NCBI GenBank assembly: GCA_965205485.1
Contig: OZ242180.1
Span: 1,120,001 to 1,184,000, forward strand
Direction: 5' to 3'
Source of the DNA: Candidatus Latescibacterota bacterium
GTDB lineage: Bacteria > Latescibacterota > UBA2968 > GCA-2709665
Length of the DNA: 64,000 bases
A program made the position numbers and the translations under genes. Shown here piece by piece: positions 59,107 through 64,000 of the stretch; the stretch's first letter is position 1, and each line of letters starts with the position of its first letter. The notes beneath the pieces were generated by a model. The model was not told the DNA's origin. It made no database searches and saw only the letters and a program-made list of their open reading frames with translations.

Positions 59107-61371
59107 CTACAGACTCTCAACCGCATCGACCAGCGCGCCGGTGGTGATGCCGAAGTGCGCCCAGGTCTCCATATGTCCGTCGGAAGGTGCGATTGTCGGA
59201 ACCGTCAGGCCCACGTGCGCATGGGCGATGTTCGTGGACGAGGCCGCGGTGGCCACCAGGCCCGCAAACCCCCTGAGTCCGGTTTGAGGCGTGCCGATCT
59301 TTCCGTCTTCGATCGTGACGACTCCCAGTGGGTACTGTGATATCAACGATTCCAGGCGCCCCTCGGGCAGGGGCAGCCCGTTGACAACGTACACGTCCGC
59401 CACCGCGCCCCGGTCGTTCAGGACGTCCGCGGCTTCTACGGCCAGGAAGGCCGGCGCGCCGAATGCCAGGATCGCGCGACGGGCGCCGGCATGGGTCCGG
59501 CAGGGCGTGACGGGTTGCCACTCATCCTCCCCGGTCCAGAGCGGGCCGGAGCCGTCCTGCTTTTCGAGGACGGGCAGGTTGTCCCGGGGAATACCGATGA
59601 TATGTCCGCCGTAATTGGCGGCGAGGTCGATCACGGCAAGAAAGGCGGACCGCGCGTCGGCCGGGGCGTAGAACCGGTGCAGGTACGGAAGGTAGTTGAG
59701 GCCCACGTTGATCCAGTCCAGTCCCCATCCGGAGAAATGGTCCCGGCCCGTACACGCGCCGACGTGAGAGAGATGGAAGGTGACGTTCAGACCTTCGTTC
59801 ACGCCCGTCAGATTGCGCTGGTACTGCCACATGTCGAAGCCTTCCCGGGCGATGCCTTCGAAGAAGGCCGCGAAGGTGGACACCACGTTCAGTTGCGAAT
59901 TCGGGGTACTGGTGGCCAGGCCGTTGGCGATGAGGGTGGCCGCCTGCTCTTCGATGCTGATCTCGAACTGATGGTTTTCGGCCAGATGACTCCTGGCCTT
60001 TGACAGTTTGGTGGACGCGTCCAGGTCGCAACTGACCACGAATACATGATCCGGAAAAGTCTCGGCCACCAGCGCGTAACCGGCTTCCGAACCGTCACGG
60101 GCGCTCTTCATCTCACCCGGTCCGGGCAAAGAGACGCTTGCCGCCGCGCCCTCAGGCAGTACCAGATTCGGGCTTCCAGGGGCCGGGCGGGCGCGGGTCA
60201 CAACCTTCCTGGACGACCGTGACTTCAGGTTTTCCAGCGCTTCCGACTGGCCGGACGTAGCCCGGAACATGGAACCGGCGAGTACGTCGGCTTCGTTACG
60301 TCCCTTCATGCCCCCGTCGTGGTGGCCGGCGCCGCCGGGCAGGTCGTTCACGAGGAAGAGGCACTCCAGCATGGGCTCCACGTCTCTGTAGCTCATCAGC
60401 GATCCGGGGACCCAGATCTCGCGGTCCATAGGCACGTCGTGCTGTCCCGCGAAGGCTTCCACCTCTTCGAGAACGCCGTGGGTTTCGCCGAAATGCGACA
60501 GGTCGATCCGTTTGCCGTTCCCGGACCTGAAGCCGACGGGATAGATCAGACTGGGGCGGCCTCCCTGCGCCAGTCCGTATGCTTCGCGGTACGCGCTGTA
60601 CAGGCCGGCGGGATCGTGTAGCGTGGGGATCTCGAGAATCTCGATCCCCATTGCGCCGATGATGGACCGCGGGTCCTTGTCCAAAATGCTTCTGGTGCTG
60701 CCGGAAAGCTGGATCCCGTTCCGGTCCATGACGAACGTGATTGGCGCGCCGTGGACGTGCGCGGCGTTGAAGCCGTTCAACGCCTGGCCCGAAATCCAGC
60801 CGGCGTCTCCGCAATGGGCAACAACCCAGCATCCGTCGCCGTACGAACCGCGCTTGCCCAGCGCATTGCCAACCGCGACCGGAATCATCACGCCCAGGCG
60901 TCCGCCGTTCATCTGAGTCCCCCCCGGCAGCCACGAAACGTGGCCGGGAAGATCCAGACCGCGGCGGAAGTCGGTAACGACGTGTTCGGGATCCACGAAT
61001 CCGACGGCGGAAAGCGCGGCGAAATACCCGACGCTGGTATGGGCGTGTTCGATGGTGTATTCGATGCGCCCGAAGTCGACCACCGCCAGGGTGAGCAGCA
61101 AGGGGGGAATCAGGCCGATGCCGCCGCCCAGGTGGTCCGCCTCGCCGACTTCGGCCAGGGATGCCAGCGAACGCACTGCCGTACGGGCCGCGTCAATCTG
61201 CAGGGCGGTGAGGGCGTCACTCTGTGTTTCCGTTAATGTTTCGGTCTGGCGGATGTCGATGTGTATTGGCAGGATCTCTGACGTGACGATGTCGGACAGA
61301 TACCGCGAACCGTCCAGAAGCGTCCGGTTGCGGCGCTCCTGTTGGGTTGTCGCGTGCTGCAATGCGGACAT
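59107..61371 (-). CDS. Transketolase-like TPP enzyme (divergent)
   Basis: HLGG, LPGH, GDAG...DRNGIQLSG (TPP motif variant), DLDAST, SIEEQ, STFAAF. Confidence 0.75.
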   Translation of the reverse strand: MSALQHATTQQERRNRTLLDGSRYLSDIVTSEILPIHIDIRQTETLTETQSDALTALQIDAARTAVRSLASLAEVGEADHLGGGIGLIPPLLLTLAVVDFGRIEYTIEHAHTSVGYFAALSAVGFVDPEHVVTDFRRGLDLPGHVSWLPGGTQMNGGRLGVMIPVAVGNALGKRGSYGDGCWVVAHCGDAGWISGQALNGFNAAHVHGAPITFVMDRNGIQLSGSTRSILDKDPRSIIGAMGIEILEIPTLHDPAGLYSAYREAYGLAQGGRPSLIYPVGFRSGNGKRIDLSHFGETHGVLEEVEAFAGQHDVPMDREIWVPGSLMSYRDVEPMLECLFLVNDLPGGAGHHDGGMKGRNEADVLAGSMFRATSGQSEALENLKSRSSRKVVTRARPAPGSPNLVLPEGAAASVSLPGPGEMKSARDGSEAGYALVAETFPDHVFVVSCDLDASTKLSKARSHLAENHQFEISIEEQAATLIANGLATSTPNSQLNVVSTFAAFFEGIAREGFDMWQYQRNLTGVNEGLNVTFHLSHVGACTGRDHFSGWGLDWINVGLNYLPYLHRFYAPADARSAFLAVIDLAANYGGHIIGIPRDNLPVLEKQDGSGPLWTGEDEWQPVTPCRTHAGARRAILAFGAPAFLAVEAADVLNDRGAVADVYVVNGLPLPEGRLESLISQYPLGVVTIEDGKIGTPQTGLRGFAGLVATAASSTNIAHAHVGLTVPTIAPSDGHMETWAHFGITTGALVDAVESL

Positions 61372-61637
61372 ATACGGGCTCCTCCGCGAGGAAGGCGGGT
61401 TCGTATGAAAAAAGGGGGATGGCGAGATACGGGGGAGGGAGAGGGGTGCAGAAACTTCAGGTTAAAAATACAGCGGTTTCGGAAAAATACCAGCTAAAAA
61501 TGGTTCCCGGTATCGTGGAAAGCCGATAGGCTTCAGGCGGGAAAACTTGCCTTGGAAGTCGCGCGTTCCTGTGGTATTTTAAGGCTTGAAATCAAGTCTC
61601 TACAGTAAGTCCTTGCGAATGTGGAAAGGAGCGGAAC

Positions 61638-62408
61638 ATGCCCGGTACGGTATTGGCTGCGCAGATGTATACGGTGCGCGAATTCACGCAAACACCAGCG
61701 GACGTCGCGGCCAGTCTGAAGAAGGTGAAGGCGCTGGGATATGATGCGATGCAGGTGTCGGCATTCGGAGAAATCAGCCCCCTTGAACTCAAGGACATGG
61801 CCGATGGCGAGGGCCTCGAGATCTGCGCCACCCACACCAGCTACGAACGCATGAGGGATGAAACCCAGGCTGTCATCGACGAGCACCGGTTGTGGGGATG
61901 CCTGTACCCGGCGATCGGCGGGCTGCCCCAGAGCTATCGCGAAGACGGTGGGGAAGGTTACAGGCGTTTCGCCCGCGAGGCATCCGAAGTCGCGCGAAAA
62001 CTCGGGGCGGCAGGACTCACGTTCGGGTACCACAACCACAGTTTTGAACTGGAGCGATTCGGCGATCGAACGGGGCTGCAGATCCTGTTTGAAGAAAGCG
62101 ACCCGGAGGTCTTCCAGCTCGAAATCGATACCTACTGGATACAGCACGGAGGCGGGGATCCCGCCGCGTGGATTCGCAGGGCCGCGGGCCGGGCGGACCT
62201 GGTTCACGTGAAAGATATGGCCATGCGCGGCCGGGAGCAGCTCTACGCCGAGGTGGGCGAGGGCAACCTGAACTGGCCGGCCATTCTTGATGCGTGCAAG
62301 GCGGCCGGCACCCGGTGGTACATCGTGGAGCAGGACACGTGCCAGCGGGACCCGTTCGAGAGCCTGGGCATCAGTCTCCGGAATCTGAAGGCGATGGGAC
62401 TGGAGTGA
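61638..62408 (+). CDS. Sugar phosphate isomerase/epimerase
   Basis: QMYTVR, YHNHSFE, EIDTYW, VHVKD, IVEQD. Confidence 0.88.
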   Translation: MPGTVLAAQMYTVREFTQTPADVAASLKKVKALGYDAMQVSAFGEISPLELKDMADGEGLEICATHTSYERMRDETQAVIDEHRLWGCLYPAIGGLPQSYREDGGEGYRRFAREASEVARKLGAAGLTFGYHNHSFELERFGDRTGLQILFEESDPEVFQLEIDTYWIQHGGGDPAAWIRRAAGRADLVHVKDMAMRGREQLYAEVGEGNLNWPAILDACKAAGTRWYIVEQDTCQRDPFESLGISLRNLKAMGLE

Positions 62409-62436
62409 GCCTTCTGCGCCGAATTGAGGATTCAAC

Positions 62437-64000
62437 ATGCCTGCGGTAAGCAATCCACCCGTAAAATCCATCCTGCAGTCCGGAAACGAATCGGTTTTCG
62501 AGGTCCGAACGCGCGCGCCGGGACCCGAAGGCCGGCTGATTTCCCTGACCGAAGAGCTGGTGGTTGAATCGCCCAGCGGGGATATCTTCGGCTACAGCCA
62601 GAATGCGGGTATGGGATGGGACCCGGCGGAACTGGGCCGACCCGAGTTCCTGATCCTGAGTACGATGGGAGGGATTCGCGAGCCGGACGGGCGCCCTGTC
62701 GCGCTTGGCTATCACACCGGGCACTGGGAGGTGGGTCTGCTGATGCGGGAGGCCGCCCTGGAGATTCACCGTTTGGGCGGCATTCCCTTTGCGGGGTATT
62801 GTTCGGACCCCTGCGACGGACGTACGCAGGGCACCACGGGGATGATGGACAGCCTGGCTTATCGCAATGACGCGGCGACCGTGCTCCGGCGCCTGGTCCG
62901 GTCGCTTCCCACGCGAAAAGGGGTGATCGGCGTTGCAACCTGCGACAAGGGATTGCCCGCGATGATGATCGCACTGGCGGCGATGCATTCGCTGTCCACG
63001 GCGATCGTTCCCGGCGGCGTGACGCTTCCGCCGGAAGACGGGGAGGACGCCGGCAAGATCCAGTCGGTGGGCGTCAGGCTGGCGCACGGAGAGATGTCGC
63101 TTTCGGACGTGCAGGACCTGGGCTGCCGGGCTTGCGCAACGCCCGGGGGCGGCTGCCAGTTTCTGGGTACGGCCGCGACTTCGCAGGTGGTGGCCGAGGC
63201 GCTTGGATTTGCGCTCACCCATTCGGCCCTGGCGCCTTCGGGCGAGGCGGTCTGGCTGGATATGGCGCTCCGGTCCGCCCGTGCGGTGTTCGCGATGCAG
63301 TCGGCCGGGCTCACCACGGCCGACGTGATCACCGATGCCGCTCTTCACAATGCGATGGTGACGCACGCCGCGTTCGGCGGATCCACCAACCTGCTCCTGC
63401 ATATTCCGGCTGTCGCCTATGCGGCCGGGCGCTCCCGGCCCACCGTGGCCGACTGGAGCCACGTGAACCGGCACGTCCCTCGTCTGGTTGACGTTCTGCC
63501 CAACGGTCCGGAGTTCCATCCCACGGTCCGGGCGTTTCTGGCGGGCGGCGTGCCGGAAGTCATGCTGCATCTGCGGAAACTGGGGTTGCTGGAAACGGAT
63601 GCCCTCACGATATCCGGTGGAACGCTGGGCGAGAACCTGGACTGGTGGGAGGGATCCGAAAGACGAGTGAGACTCAGGCAGGCGCTGCGCGATCAGGACG
63701 GAGTCGACCCGGACCATGTCATCATGGACGCCGACCGCGCCCGTGAGAGAGGGCTGACCAGCACGGTCTGTTTCCCCACCGGGAATATCGCGCCGGAAGG
63801 GTCTGTGGTAAAGAGCACGGCCATCGACCCTTCGGTCGTCGACCAGGATGGCGTCTACCGGACGACCGGACCGGTCAAGGTGTTCACCACCGAGAGGGCG
63901 GCTGCCGCCGCGCTGAAGGATTCCGGTCCCAGAGGCATAAAGCCGGGGGACGTCATGGTGTTGATCGGGCGCGGACCGATGGGCGCCGGGATGGAGGAGA
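62437..64000 (+). CDS. YjhG/YagF family D-xylonate dehydratase (IlvD/Edd family), truncated by window end
   Basis: Manual translation: [73 protein letters not shown]. Confidence 0.9.
   Translation, partial: MPAVSNPPVKSILQSGNESVFEVRTRAPGPEGRLISLTEELVVESPSGDIFGYSQNAGMGWDPAELGRPEFLILSTMGGIREPDGRPVALGYHTGHWEVGLLMREAALEIHRLGGIPFAGYCSDPCDGRTQGTTGMMDSLAYRNDAATVLRRLVRSLPTRKGVIGVATCDKGLPAMMIALAAMHSLSTAIVPGGVTLPPEDGEDAGKIQSVGVRLAHGEMSLSDVQDLGCRACATPGGGCQFLGTAATSQVVAEALGFALTHSALAPSGEAVWLDMALRSARAVFAMQSAGLTTADVITDAALHNAMVTHAAFGGSTNLLLHIPAVAYAAGRSRPTVADWSHVNRHVPRLVDVLPNGPEFHPTVRAFLAGGVPEVMLHLRKLGLLETDALTISGGTLGENLDWWEGSERRVRLRQALRDQDGVDPDHVIMDADRARERGLTSTVCFPTGNIAPEGSVVKSTAIDPSVVDQDGVYRTTGPVKVFTTERAAAAALKDSGPRGIKPGDVMVLIGRGPMGAGMEE

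Overview
GC-rich bacterial chromosomal window with about 43 protein-coding genes. No rRNA, tRNA, CRISPR array or transposase was recognised. The C-terminal twin-EF-hand/dockerin-like tag at ~56.4 kb and the lyase/hydrolase expansions suggest a Latescibacterota/Gemmatimonadota-like lineage (inference only). Left half (0-33 kb): accessory catabolic region with nadE, acuI, Gfo/Idh/MocA oxidoreductases, four heparinase II/III-like proteins, three GHL10-like TIM-barrel hydrolases, an enolase-family enzyme, an isomerase and amidohydrolases. Right half: a tetraether-synthase (Tes/GDGT-MAS)-like radical SAM gene, then tig-clpP-clpX-engB, a class V aminotransferase-serA, purA, moaA, a sulfite/nitrite reductase, ferredoxin and gltB, followed by secreted/outer-membrane proteins, a divergent transketolase and a truncated xylonate dehydratase. 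Highlights: (1) gltB is split just after its catalytic Cys by a 67-bp insert (21-bp direct repeat plus 46 unique bp) with a GGA-TAG...in-frame GGA layout resembling a translational-bypass element; (2) a bacterial Tes homologue; (3) two ~175-180-nt structured repeat modules with compensatory base changes, present twice in swapped order, among several other palindromic repeat families; (4) a secreted six-repeat beta-propeller with a dockerin-like tag.
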